Shown here piece by piece: positions 24,587 to 34,577 of a stretch of 40,000 nucleotides of DNA. The notes under the pieces were generated by a model. It was given only the letters and a program-made list of their open reading frames with translations. It did not search any database and had not been told where the DNA came from. The DNA is from Pseudomonas sp. DNDY-54 (GTDB lineage Bacteria; Pseudomonadota; Gammaproteobacteria; Pseudomonadales; Pseudomonadaceae). The position numbers and the translations under genes were made by a program. The stretch covers positions 3,446,083 through 3,486,082 of the forward strand of contig NZ_CP082271.1 of assembly GCF_019880365.1 (NCBI RefSeq), given 5' to 3'. Position 1 is the first letter of the stretch, and each line of letters opens with the position of its first letter.

Positions 24587-25042
24587 ATGCTGCTGGCACT
24601 ACGCACCGATGCAATCATCACAGCCATAGCCATTGCTGCGGCTCTCACCGTCACCTTCATGAAAGGCGATGTGCTTTTTATCGGACAGTGGTATTACGCG
24701 TCCGTCTTTCTTGCGATTTTTGTTCTTTCTGCAGCGATAAAAACGAAGCCGTTATTTATTTCGGGTGCCGTGTTTGCTGCAGCCGTCACCTTCGTCGTTT
24801 ACTTAAGGGCTAATTGGGCGCCGTCAACGGCAGAGGGCCTGCTTGCCCTAGGCCACCTGTTTTCATTGCCTGGCGCAGCTATTGGCTTATTCATAACGGG
24901 GATTATCAGCCGACATACAAAAAGCCGTAGGCCGGCTCTCGCGTTCACAACTGGTGTATTAGGTTTCGCCACAGGCTTTTTAGTGAATCAGGTAGCGATA
25001 TGCGGCTCTGTTATGGCCTGTGGTGTGCTCTTGGGTAGCTAA
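24587..25042 (+). CDS. Hypothetical polytopic membrane protein
   Basis: 151 aa with about 4-5 hydrophobic segments. GC content is lower than the core genome. Confidence 0.5.
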   Translation: MLLALRTDAIITAIAIAAALTVTFMKGDVLFIGQWYYASVFLAIFVLSAAIKTKPLFISGAVFAAAVTFVVYLRANWAPSTAEGLLALGHLFSLPGAAIGLFITGIISRHTKSRRPALAFTTGVLGFATGFLVNQVAICGSVMACGVLLGS

Positions 25043-25340
25043 TGAATACCGCGCACTTGGGCGTGCTAAGAACCGCTCCCTTTGCTTAGTTCGTAAAGAA
25101 GCCATACCGCTCGCAACTTTCGCTTCCCTAATGCACTTCAGTCCCCCCAACCCAAAGTCGCCAGCCCGCGCCAGCGTTATGGGCAACCATGGCGTCGCCT
25201 CGGGTCGTTCGACTCGTCGATCAGAGTGAACTAACCCCTCAGCGGCACGATCCCCTTTTAAGCACAGTCAGTGCGATCCCGGTAGCCAGTGCATTCGCGC
25301 CGCGCATCAAGCCAGGGTCGCCAGCGATGAGGACGCCTTC

Positions 25341-25790
25341 GTGACCGTTATCACCCATAGCACTCAGCAGACGACACACAGCATTTCCCGCCACGTTCCG
25401 AACCCGCTGCATGCGACGTTGCTAGCCGGGACAGTCCCGCTGTTTCTCGGCGCGCTGTTGACGGACATTACTTACTTCCGCAGCTACCACATTCAGTGGA
25501 GTGACTTTTCGTCCTGGCTGATTGCCGGAGGGTTGGTCTTCTGCGGGCTGGCGATCGTCTTTGCGCTCGTCAACCTGATCCGCGCGCGGCGCAAAACGGG
25601 ACGGCCGCTGGTGTATTTCCTGGTGCTGGTCGCGACCTGGGTGCTCGGCTTCATCAATGCCCTGCAGCACGCCAAGGATGCCTGGGCGGTGATGCCAACT
25701 GGCTTGGTGCTCTCGGTGATCGTAACGGTCTTGGCCTGTGCGGCCACGTGGATTGGCTTGAGCAACCTGCGTAACGGAGGTGAGGCATGA
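25341..25790 (+). CDS. DUF2231-family membrane protein
   Basis: 149 aa from a GTG start. HATLLAGTVPLFLGALLTD plus 3 more TM segments. Its stop overlaps the start of the downstream dehydrogenase (ATGA at 25787-25790). Confidence 0.55.
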   Translation: MTVITHSTQQTTHSISRHVPNPLHATLLAGTVPLFLGALLTDITYFRSYHIQWSDFSSWLIAGGLVFCGLAIVFALVNLIRARRKTGRPLVYFLVLVATWVLGFINALQHAKDAWAVMPTGLVLSVIVTVLACAATWIGLSNLRNGGEA

Positions 25791-27082
25791 AGCATTCAAG
25801 CGCGCTCTCCGTCCTGGCAATGTCCGTATTTCTGGCGGCTTGCGGGGCTGACGATCAGGATTCCGCGCAGCTGTATGGCGCCACCCCAAAGCTGCCCGAA
25901 CCGGAACGTGGGTTGCTGCCCAGCATGAAAATCGCCGAGCCGTCGCCCTGGGGTGATGCGATACCGACGGTACCGGACAATTTCAGCGTCACGGCCATTG
26001 CCACGGACCTGAAGGTTCCGCGTCAGACGCTGGTGTTGCCCAACGGTGACATCCTCGTGGCTGAGGGCAAGGGTGGCAACGCACCCAAACTCAAGCCCAA
26101 GGACGTGATCGCCGGGTACATCAAGGCGCAGGGCAATACGTCGGTGAAAGGAGGCGATCGCCTGACCTTGCTGAGGGATGCCGATGGTGACGGCACCTAC
26201 GAGCTGCAGACGGTGTTCGCCGACGATCTCAACGCCCCTTACGGCTTGGCTTTCCATGACGGCAACCTCTACGTCGCTAATCAGGACTCAGTGGTGCGCT
26301 TCGCGTATGAAGAGGGCCAGACTGAGGCCAGCGGGGAGCCGACCAAGGTCACCGACCTGCCATCAGAGATCAATCATCACTGGACCAAGGCGATGACCAT
26401 CAGCCCGGATGGCCAGTATTTGTATGTGGGCATCGGCTCCAACAGCAACATCACCGAGCGGGGGATGGATGCGGAAGTCGACCGCGCAATGGTTTGGCAA
26501 ATCGATGCTGAAACGGGTGCCCACAAACCTTACGCAACCGGTTTACGCAACCCGACCGCCCTGGCGATACAGCCGGGTTCAGGCGAGTTGTGGGCGGTGG
26601 TGAACGAGCGGGACGAGCTGGGTGAAAACCTGGTTCCGGACTATCTGACGTCCGTGAAGGAAGGCGGCTTCTATGGCTGGCCGTACAGCTACTGGGGCCA
26701 GAACGTCGATGACCGGGTGCGGCCACAGGATCCGGACAAGGTCGCCGCAGCGATCACACCGGACTATGCGCTGGGCTCGCACGTTGCCGCCCTTGGGGTG
26801 GACTTCTCCATCCCCGAGCTGGGCGAGCAGTTTGCCAACGGCGCATTCGTTGGTGAGCACGGCAGCTGGAACCGTGAGGATCCGTCGGGCTACAAGGTGG
26901 TCTTCGTGCCGTTCAGCAATGGCCGCCCTTCAGGCGAACCGGTTGATTTCGTGACGGGCTTTCGTACCGATGAGGGCAAGACTCGCGGCCGACCTGTTGG
27001 CGTGACCGTCGACCCGAAAGGTGCGGTGATCGTGGCGGATGACCTTGCCAACGTGGTGTGGCGAGTAACGCGCAACCAGTGA
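25787..27082 (+). CDS. PQQ-dependent sugar (sorbosone/glucose) dehydrogenase-family beta-propeller lipoprotein
   Basis: 431 aa with the lipobox LAACG. Family blocks are present: P.G.ILVAE, APYGLAF, GLRNPTALA, ERDELG..LVPDYLTSV..GGFYGWPY. Confidence 0.8.
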   Translation: MKHSSALSVLAMSVFLAACGADDQDSAQLYGATPKLPEPERGLLPSMKIAEPSPWGDAIPTVPDNFSVTAIATDLKVPRQTLVLPNGDILVAEGKGGNAPKLKPKDVIAGYIKAQGNTSVKGGDRLTLLRDADGDGTYELQTVFADDLNAPYGLAFHDGNLYVANQDSVVRFAYEEGQTEASGEPTKVTDLPSEINHHWTKAMTISPDGQYLYVGIGSNSNITERGMDAEVDRAMVWQIDAETGAHKPYATGLRNPTALAIQPGSGELWAVVNERDELGENLVPDYLTSVKEGGFYGWPYSYWGQNVDDRVRPQDPDKVAAAITPDYALGSHVAALGVDFSIPELGEQFANGAFVGEHGSWNREDPSGYKVVFVPFSNGRPSGEPVDFVTGFRTDEGKTRGRPVGVTVDPKGAVIVADDLANVVWRVTRNQ

Positions 27083-27206
27083 CAAGCAGCCGGTAATTGC
27101 ACTTCTGAGAGGTGCGAGCCGGCGCTCCGCGCGCTACCGATAACGCCCGATCAGCCCCCTGAGGTGCGGTGGGCGGCCGCTAACACTAAGGGCATAGGAA
27201 TTACGA

Positions 27207-28126
27207 ATGACGCAGCACTCGCCGCCGAACGGGATAGACCTGGCAGGCAGGACGGCGGGTCTGGGTACGCTGTTCGTAGTGCTCGCGGCCTTATGCTGGG
27301 GGCTGTCAGTCGGGATCGGTGGCGTTCTCACTGCAGAGGGTTGGAGCCCGGTTGTGGTCTCGCTCTACCGGGGCGTGATCGGGCTGGTTTTCGTCCTTGT
27401 GTGGCTCGCGTTGCGCCCGGGCGGAAGCGGGTTGGCGAACAGCTCGATGTGGTTCTGGTCGGTCGTGGCCGGGGTGGGCGTAGCTGGCAACTTCTCTTTC
27501 TATTTCCTGAGCATTGCAGAGGGCAGCGTTGCGGTTGCGGCAACCCTGATGTACTCCGCGCCGGTGTTCGTCTATCTCGTTTCCTTCGCGTTCAGGCTTG
27601 AAAACCCACCCTGTTCAAGTGGGCAGCGATCGCCATGGTGATGCTTGGCGTCCTGCTGCTTACCGGCATCTATGACATAGAAGCGGGTGACATCACCCCC
27701 GTAGCCGCCGGCGCAGGTCTGCTCTCCGGCGTGTCCTACGCAGTGTTTATTTTTGGCTTTAAGTATGCAGCGCCCCACGGCAGCCCTCAGGCAATCCTCG
27801 TGATCGCGTTCGCCGTACTCGTTGGCATACTTGGCTGGTTCGCCGATGCGGACCAGGCAGTGGAAGTGTTGACCGCCCCGAGTTGGCCGCTGTTCGTGGT
27901 ATTGGGGGTATTGGGCGCCGGGCTATCGTTCATTCTGTATATCGTCGGGCTCAACCATACCGCGCCGGCGGTCGCGTCTATTGTGGCCATGATCGAGCCG
28001 GTAACCGCTTCGCTCTTCGGCGTTATGGTGCTGAACGAACGCCTGGCTGCGCTACAGATTCTGGGCATGGGCCTGATTTTGGTCACGGTTACTGCTTTGG
28101 GTGTCCGTTCAAGAAAACAAAACTAG
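27207..28126 (+). pseudogene. EamA/DMT-family transporter interrupted by a -1 frameshift in an A-run
   Basis: Two adjacent ORFs (27207-27641 and 27635-28126) are the two EamA halves. Reading ttc agg ctt gaa aa(a) ccc acc ctg ttc aag tgg gca gcg atc gcc atg gtg would give a continuous ...FRLEKPTLFKWAAIAMVMLGV.... The observed run is aaaa at 27601-27604. Confidence 0.6.
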
Positions 28127-28204
28127 ACGTATTGCGACCGCGCTCATGGGAACACCCTGCCGCCCTATCAGTCATTGACAGAACGCCACCGTGAGCCACA
28201 AAGC

Positions 28205-28606
28205 ATGCTTCGATCCATTCATCACGCCGCCATCATTTGTTCGGACTATGCCGTCTCGAAACGCTTCTACACCGAGACGCTCGGTCTGGCTGTGATCACC
28301 GAGCATTACCGTGAAGCGCGCCGCTCCTACAAGCTTGACCTTGCATTGCCTGACGGCGGCCAGATCGAGCTTTTTTCGTTTCCTGAGGCACCCACAAGAC
28401 CGTCCCGGCCGGAGGCGCAAGGCTTGCGGCATCTGGCATTCGCGGTGGATGACGTCGAGGCAAGCAAGGCGTGGCTGGAAACCCAGGGCGTCAAGGTCGA
28501 ACCCATCCGGGTGGACGAATACACGGGGCGTCGATTCACCTTTTTCCCAGACCCGGACAACCTGCCGCTGGAGTTATACGAAGCGGCACCGGGAGCGCTG
28601 CCCTGA
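28205..28606 (+). CDS. VOC-family (glyoxalase I-like, YaeR-type) metalloprotein
   Basis: ATG at 28205 in the 28175-28606 frame. The sequence MLRSIHHAAIICSDYAVSKRFYTETLGL...ELFSF...GLRHLAF.VDD...RFTFF.DPD..PLELYE follows the VOC layout. Confidence 0.7.
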   Translation: MLRSIHHAAIICSDYAVSKRFYTETLGLAVITEHYREARRSYKLDLALPDGGQIELFSFPEAPTRPSRPEAQGLRHLAFAVDDVEASKAWLETQGVKVEPIRVDEYTGRRFTFFPDPDNLPLELYEAAPGALP

Positions 28607-28682
28607 CGCGTCGCGTAACAAATCCAGGCTCAACTGAGCGCGCCATGCGCAGTAACGTTGAGCTCAAACTTTCGACGAGAGG

Positions 28683-29813
28683 ATGGTCATGAAGCGTGTT
28701 CCCCTGCAGGTCGCCGGTACGATTGCCCTTGGTTTCGCCTCGCTCGCTGCCACCGCAGCCGAGGCGATCAAGCAGGACCAATGGCCATTCAGCGCCACGC
28801 CGCGCGCCACCTTCGCCGAACCCTGGGCCATGACCTTTCTCCCGGACGGCACCGCCCTCGTCACCGAAAAACGCGGCGCGCTCAAGCATGTCGATGTCAA
28901 AACCGGCGAGACGCATGACATCAAGGGCGTCCCTGATGTCGCCTACGGCGGCCAGGGTGGGTTCGGCGACGTGATCATTCATCCCGACTTCGCACAGAAC
29001 AAACGTATCTACCTCAGCTACGCCGAGAAGGGAGACGGCGGCGACCGAGGCGCAGCCGTGGCTCGCGCAACCCTGGCGCTAGGCCCTGACGGCGGCTCGT
29101 TGTCGGATGTGCAGGTGATCTGGCGACAAACGCCCAAGGTTTCGGGTGGCGGGCACTATGGCCACCGCCTGGCATTCGGCCCGGACGGCAAGCTCTGGAT
29201 TTCTTCCGGAGACCGCCAGAAGTTCACGCCTGCGCAGGACATGAAAAGCACCATGGGCAAGATCCTGCGGCTGAACGACGACGGCAGCGTGCCGGATGAC
29301 AACCCCTTTGCCGACAAGGGCGGCGTGACGGCGCAGATCTGGTCGCTGGGCCATCGCAACCCGCTTGGCATCGCGTTCGACGCGCAGGGCCGTCTGTGGG
29401 AACAGGAAATGGGCCCGGAAGGTGGCGACGAACTCAACCTGATCGAAAAGGGTGGCAACTATGGCTACCCGGAGGTCTCGAACGGCGACCATTACGGCGG
29501 TCGACCGATTCCCGATCACGACACACGCCCGGAATTCATCGCACCCAAAATCACCTGGACGCCGGTGATCTCCCCTGCCGGCCTGATGATCTACAGCGGT
29601 GATCAGTTTGCCGACTGGAAAGGCAACGCCTTCGTCGGCGGCCTTTCCGCCAGAGGGCTGGTGCGCATTACGCTCAATGGCGAAGAAGCCAGCGAAGCCG
29701 CCCGCTACGACATGGGTGCGCGCATCCGCGAAGTCGAACAGGGTCCGGACGGCAGCATCTGGGTGCTTGAGGATGGCGATGACGGCCGCTTGTTGCAATT
29801 GCAGCCGAAGTAA
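28683..29813 (+). CDS. Soluble PQQ-dependent aldose sugar dehydrogenase (YliI-like)
   Basis: 376 aa with a signal peptide. Family blocks are present: [58 protein letters not shown] and GP.GGDELN.I..G.NYGYP. Confidence 0.8.
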   Translation: MVMKRVPLQVAGTIALGFASLAATAAEAIKQDQWPFSATPRATFAEPWAMTFLPDGTALVTEKRGALKHVDVKTGETHDIKGVPDVAYGGQGGFGDVIIHPDFAQNKRIYLSYAEKGDGGDRGAAVARATLALGPDGGSLSDVQVIWRQTPKVSGGGHYGHRLAFGPDGKLWISSGDRQKFTPAQDMKSTMGKILRLNDDGSVPDDNPFADKGGVTAQIWSLGHRNPLGIAFDAQGRLWEQEMGPEGGDELNLIEKGGNYGYPEVSNGDHYGGRPIPDHDTRPEFIAPKITWTPVISPAGLMIYSGDQFADWKGNAFVGGLSARGLVRITLNGEEASEAARYDMGARIREVEQGPDGSIWVLEDGDDGRLLQLQPK

Positions 29814-29975
29814 TTTCAATCGGGACAACTGACTGCGAGCCGTGGTTTTCCGTGGCCCGCAGGTGAGCCAATGCGTTCAGCAATTGCGCTCTTCCGACAA
29901 TCACGATTGGTCGGCTGCATCCACAACGCACGGTGATATTTACTACGCCCTCTGCCTTGGCCGACCCGTATCAGA

Positions 29976-30257
29976 ATGGAACTCGATGCCTATCTCGCCA
30001 CCTTAACGGCGCTATTCCTCTATCCATTGCTGGCCCCATGGAAGGCACCGTTCATAACGGCATGGCTCGTACTGTGGTTCGCGTTATGGGCCGTCTTTTT
30101 TGCGCGCATGGAATATGACGTAGGCGTGCTATCGAGCGGGATAGTCTCTGGGTCAGCGCTCATCGGGATAGGCATTCTTGTATTTGCTACAGGCAGTCTT
30201 TTAAGGCTCACAGGCCGCGGACTTCGCCACCTGTGGAACTCAAAAAAACTGGCGTGA
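29976..30257 (+). CDS. Hypothetical small membrane protein
   Basis: 93 aa with 3 hydrophobic segments, in a locally lower-GC stretch. No recognised domain. Confidence 0.4.
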   Translation: MELDAYLATLTALFLYPLLAPWKAPFITAWLVLWFALWAVFFARMEYDVGVLSSGIVSGSALIGIGILVFATGSLLRLTGRGLRHLWNSKKLA

Positions 30258-30349
30258 TGCAAGAGACAGGGCCATCCAGCGCAGTCAGTCCGAAGGGCGA
30301 GCCAGCCTCCCAAAAGTTTGCTCGTCCCGGCACCACCGACCAGCCAGCC

Positions 30350-30748
30350 TCAGTCGTACTCGGCATGCTGCGGCAAATCATCCGTAATCTGAAACCACGG
30401 CGCTTTGCTATCGACATACACATGCCGCTGGGCTTCGACGCCTGGATCGGTGTCGAGTGTTCCGAGTGGGAAACCGTACACCTCGGGGTTGGCGTCGAAC
30501 TTGGTGTACAGGCTGGAACCGCAATTCGAGCAGAACCCTTTGTACTCACCGGGCGACGACTCATAGAACTTGATCAACTCTTCGCCTACGAGGGTTTTCC
30601 AGTCCGCAGAGCGCACCTTGGCGCGCGTCCTGAAAGCAGACGCATGCAGCTTGCGGCACATCGAGCAATGACAGTTCAAAACATCCGTAAGGGGGCCATC
30701 TATCTCGTATCGAATTTCACCACAGAGACAGCTGCCTGATTGCTTCAT
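30350..30748 (-). CDS. GFA/CENP-V family zinc protein
   Basis: ATG at 30748 (cat at 30746-30748) gives MKQSGSCLCGEIRYEI...CHCSMCRK...FCSNCGS. Confidence 0.7.
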   Translation of the reverse strand: MKQSGSCLCGEIRYEIDGPLTDVLNCHCSMCRKLHASAFRTRAKVRSADWKTLVGEELIKFYESSPGEYKGFCSNCGSSLYTKFDANPEVYGFPLGTLDTDPGVEAQRHVYVDSKAPWFQITDDLPQHAEYD

Positions 30749-30947
30749 ATCCGCTTCCTTAAAATAGACGAATCTGCCGAAGGTGATGGCAACAGGTGCT
30801 CCACACACTGTCGCTCACCCTTCCAGCACTGGTGAAAACCGCAGCGCGCGTCATGTCCAGTGCCCTCTGACTGCCTCGTAACACCCTCGTAACAAAGCCA
30901 GCCTAGCGTGTTTTGGCTAAATCCAAATCACAAAAGCCGAGGCTCGC

Positions 30948-33173
30948 ATGAGAACACCGACCCGCCTGACCCGCACTGCGCTATCGACCGCGTTGACCTT
31001 GGCCCTGCTGCCACTGGCCGCCCAGGCCGGGCCGTCGCGTGTGGAATATTTCGAGCGGGTTGCGACCTTTCCGGTGTACCGCAACCTGGGCGCGGACGAA
31101 GACGTTTCCCGCCAGACCGTCGCTGAGATCACCGCCGTCAGCCGCGACGGCCGCACGCTGATCTACACCGACAGCCCGGGCGAGCGCATCGGCTTGGTCG
31201 ACATTCAGGACCCGAAAAACCCGCAACCAGCCGGATTCGTACAGCTCGAAGGCGAGCCGACCTCGGTTGCCGTACACCATCACTTTGCGCTGGTCGCGGT
31301 GAATACTTCGCTTAGTTTTGCCCAGCCCGACGGCGTGCTGGCAGTGTTCGATATTCGCAACCCCGCGCAACCCAAACGCGTCGCCACGCTGCCTATGGGC
31401 GGTCAACCGGATTCCATCGCCATCAGCCCCAGGGGCCGCTATGCCGCGGTCGCCATCGAGAACGAGCGGGACGAAGACCTCAACGACGGGTTGATTCCGC
31501 AGCTGCCGGCCGGATTTCTGCGTATCGTCGACCTCAAAGGTCAGCCGTCGCGCTGGAGCACGCGCGACGTCGACCTGACCGGCCTGGCCGAGGTCGCTCC
31601 AGGCGATCCGGAGCCGGAATACGTCAGCATCAACGACCAGGACGTAGCCGCCGTCACGCTGCAGGAAAACAACCACATCGTGCTGGTCGACCTGCGTCGC
31701 GGCCGTGTGTTGCGCCATTTCAGTGCCGGCCAGGTCGATCTGGAAGGTGTGGACGTAGACGAGAACGACCGCATCCAGCCGATCGGTGTGCTTACTGGCA
31801 AGCGCCGCGAGCCGGATTCGATCGCGTGGGTCGGCCCGCTGCTGGCGACTGCCAACGAGGGCGACTACGAGGATGCCGAAGGCGCGGAAGGCGGCAGCCG
31901 CGGTTTCACGTTGTTCGACTACAACGGCAAGGTTTGGCATGACGCTGACGTGTCGATGGAGCACGCCTTTATCCGTGCCGGCCATTACCCGGAGAACCGT
32001 TCGGAGAACAAGGGCATTGAGCCGGAAGGCATCGCGTCGGCCAGCTTTCGTAAGCAGGACTTCCTGTTCGTGGGCAGTGAGCGCGGCAATGCCGTGGCGG
32101 TGTATGACGTCGCCCACCCATGGGCGCCAGTGATACATCAGTTGCTACCAACGGGCATGGGGCCGGAGGGCATTCTGCCGATTCCGGCGCGTAAACTGCT
32201 GGTGGTCAGTAGCGAGGAAGATTCGGCCGAGGACGGCTATCGCTCGACCCTTTCGATCTATCAATACGGGGCCAAGCGCGCGTCATACCCGGAGATTCGT
32301 TCGACCGACAGCGACCTGATCTCCTGGGGCGCGCTGAGCGGTCTGGTCGCGGACCGCAGCCAGTCCGACCGCCTCTATGCGGTGCCGGACAGTTACTACA
32401 AGGCGTCGCGGATCTTCAGCGTCGATACCAGCCAGACACCGGCACTGATCGACCGCCAGATCGAGCTGAGCAAGGCTGGCAAGACCGTCGACTACGATCT
32501 GGAAGGCATTGCTCAGGCCAGCAATGGCGACTTTTGGTTGGCCTCCGAAGGCAACGGCAAAGCCAAGCCGAATCTACTGATCCGCACCAACGCCTTGGGC
32601 GAAGTGCTGGCCGAGTTTGGGTTGCCGGAAAACGTGGCGGCGCAGCGCACCAGCAATGGATTCGAAGGCGTTTCGGTAGTTGGCGAAGGCGCCAGCACGC
32701 GCGTCTACGTAGCCTTCCAGCGCGAATGGAAGAACGACCCGGCCGGCAAGGTACGCATCGGCGTGTTCAACCCGAGCAACGGTGAATGGGGCTTCGTGCA
32801 CTACCCGCTCGACGCGGCAGCCGAGGACGCCTGGGTCGGCTTGTCCGAACTCACCGCCATCGGTAACGGCCAGTTCCTGGTGATCGAACGCGACAACCAG
32901 CAGGGGCCGGCAGCGCAAATCAAACGCCTGTATCGCATCGACCTGAGCGGCCTACAACCCGCTGCCGAGGGCCAAAGCTTCCCAGTGGTGAGCAAGACGC
33001 TGGAGCGCAATCTGCTGCCTGGTCTGAAGAGCACCGGTGGCTGGGTGCTGGACAAGGTAGAAGGCGCGGCGGTCGACAAACTGGGCCGTCTGTTCGTCGT
33101 TACCGATAACGACGGAGTGGACGATGCCAGCGGCGAAACACGCTTCATGCGGCTCGGGACGGTAAAGCGCTGA
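30948..33173 (+). CDS. Secreted phytase-like esterase / beta-propeller family protein (putative phosphatase)
   Basis: 741 aa with the signal peptide ALTLALLPLAAQA. The N-terminal half has propeller-like repeats. The C-terminal half (DLEGIA...FWLASEGN...NGFEGVS...ERDNQ...KVEGAAV) resembles the 'esterase-like activity of phytase' family. Confidence 0.55.
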   Translation: MRTPTRLTRTALSTALTLALLPLAAQAGPSRVEYFERVATFPVYRNLGADEDVSRQTVAEITAVSRDGRTLIYTDSPGERIGLVDIQDPKNPQPAGFVQLEGEPTSVAVHHHFALVAVNTSLSFAQPDGVLAVFDIRNPAQPKRVATLPMGGQPDSIAISPRGRYAAVAIENERDEDLNDGLIPQLPAGFLRIVDLKGQPSRWSTRDVDLTGLAEVAPGDPEPEYVSINDQDVAAVTLQENNHIVLVDLRRGRVLRHFSAGQVDLEGVDVDENDRIQPIGVLTGKRREPDSIAWVGPLLATANEGDYEDAEGAEGGSRGFTLFDYNGKVWHDADVSMEHAFIRAGHYPENRSENKGIEPEGIASASFRKQDFLFVGSERGNAVAVYDVAHPWAPVIHQLLPTGMGPEGILPIPARKLLVVSSEEDSAEDGYRSTLSIYQYGAKRASYPEIRSTDSDLISWGALSGLVADRSQSDRLYAVPDSYYKASRIFSVDTSQTPALIDRQIELSKAGKTVDYDLEGIAQASNGDFWLASEGNGKAKPNLLIRTNALGEVLAEFGLPENVAAQRTSNGFEGVSVVGEGASTRVYVAFQREWKNDPAGKVRIGVFNPSNGEWGFVHYPLDAAAEDAWVGLSELTAIGNGQFLVIERDNQQGPAAQIKRLYRIDLSGLQPAAEGQSFPVVSKTLERNLLPGLKSTGGWVLDKVEGAAVDKLGRLFVVTDNDGVDDASGETRFMRLGTVKR

Positions 33174-33201
33174 GGTTGCGGGCGACCGGGGTTTTACCTT
33201 C

Positions 33202-33257
33202 GTAGGGGCGAACTTGTTCGCCCACCGCGGCAGTGGCCGAATCTATTCGCCACTGCC
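33202..33257. repeat. REP-like palindromes between convergent genes
   Basis: gtaggggcgaacttgttcgcccac (33202-33225), then the hairpin ggcagtggc-cgaatctattc-gccactgcc (33229-33257). Confidence 0.55.
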
Positions 33258-33280
33258 ACCACCATTGCCCGTCGGCCCGT

Positions 33281-34306
33281 TCAGCTCTCGCGAACTCGCT
33301 TAATGCGGTGATCCCAACGGCGCTTGGCGAAGCGGCGCATGTTCGGGATGTCGTCCGTTTCGTCCATGATTGGCTGGCCGATGATGGTTTCCATGATGTC
33401 TTCCAGCGTCACCAGGCCGCGCCAGCTACCGAACTCGTCATAGACCAGGCACATGTGCTGGCGCTCGCGCAGCAGCTGGGTCATGAGGTTTTCGACGCTG
33501 GTCATTTCCGGCGCGACTTTCATCGGTTTCATGATCGTCGAGACCGGCGCTTCGTCGTCGGTGGCGGAGAGCGCGTCATAGCGGAACACGACGCCCAATG
33601 GGCTCTCGTTGTCGCCAATCACCGGGTAGCGCGAGAACTGGCTGTCGGCGACCTGGACCTTGAACGCACCGATGCTGGTTTCCGGCGATGTGTAGTCGCA
33701 CACCGTGCGCGGCGTCATCACGTCACGGACCTTGATCTCGTGCAGGTCGAGAATGTTCCTGATGACGCGCTGCTCGTCCTCGTCGAGGCTCTTGTTCTCG
33801 CGGCCAATCACCGTCAGCGCCTTGATCTCCTGACGGATGTCGTGCTCTGGCTCCTTGCCGCCGACCAGCCGCATGATCATGTCGGACAGGTAGATGAAGG
33901 GTTTCAGCACCAGGATCATGCCGTTCAATAGAGGCGGCAGGTACGGCGCGAGCGTGCGCCAGTAACGCGCACCGATGGTCTTGGGCAGGATTTCCGAAAG
34001 CACCAGGATCAGTACCGTCATCACCGCCGAGGCGATACCGACATAGCCGTTGCCGAACACCACGGTGACCTGCGCACCGACACCGGTCGCGCCAACGGTG
34101 TGGGCGACGGTATTCAACGTCAGGATGGCCGCGAGGGGTTGGTCGACCTTGTCTTTCAGTTCTTTCAACCGCTCGTACAGCTTCGGGCGGGAGTCCTTCT
34201 GGTGTGCAATGAAGCTCGGCGTTAGCGAGAGCAGTGCGGCTTCGAGGATCGAACAGATGAATGAAACGAGAATAGATAAGACAGCGAACGCTATCAGGAG
34301 GGTCAT
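33281..34306 (-). CDS. CNNM/DUF21 transmembrane domain plus CBS-pair protein (TlyC/CorB-like)
   Basis: 341 aa. The N-terminal DUF21 pattern is FICSILEAALLSLTP...AAILTLNTVAHTVGA, followed by a CBS region (V.DVMTPR...). Confidence 0.8.
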   Translation of the reverse strand: MTLLIAFAVLSILVSFICSILEAALLSLTPSFIAHQKDSRPKLYERLKELKDKVDQPLAAILTLNTVAHTVGATGVGAQVTVVFGNGYVGIASAVMTVLILVLSEILPKTIGARYWRTLAPYLPPLLNGMILVLKPFIYLSDMIMRLVGGKEPEHDIRQEIKALTVIGRENKSLDEDEQRVIRNILDLHEIKVRDVMTPRTVCDYTSPETSIGAFKVQVADSQFSRYPVIGDNESPLGVVFRYDALSATDDEAPVSTIMKPMKVAPEMTSVENLMTQLLRERQHMCLVYDEFGSWRGLVTLEDIMETIIGQPIMDETDDIPNMRRFAKRRWDHRIKRVRES

Positions 34307-34577
34307 GTAAGGGAGGTTTCGTTGCTAATGGCAGGCCAATTTACAGCAAAGCCGCCAAACGTTAGCCGAATGTCGCGATGGGCTTGCAACATTTCATTTC
34401 CCCTCGAACGCTCATGCTGGGCACACCGATTTCGACAGCAGCCGGCAAAGGAGTTCATGTCCCACGATCATGGTCAGCTGAGCTGGCCCGCCTGTTTAGG
34501 GGCTTTCGCACTTGTTTCGTGGTACCTGCCTCGGCTAGGGTGCGGCCCTTGATTTTGTCTTTCAGGAGCATTGCGGA

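Noticed and set aside
25040-25180. Possible relic attC after the 24587-25042 membrane-protein gene (..gccataccgctcgc...gcgccagcGTTATGG)
   Set aside because: Only a weak core-like GTTATGG and poor arm complementarity. It is not callable by eye and is mentioned only as a place to run a sensitive attC model.
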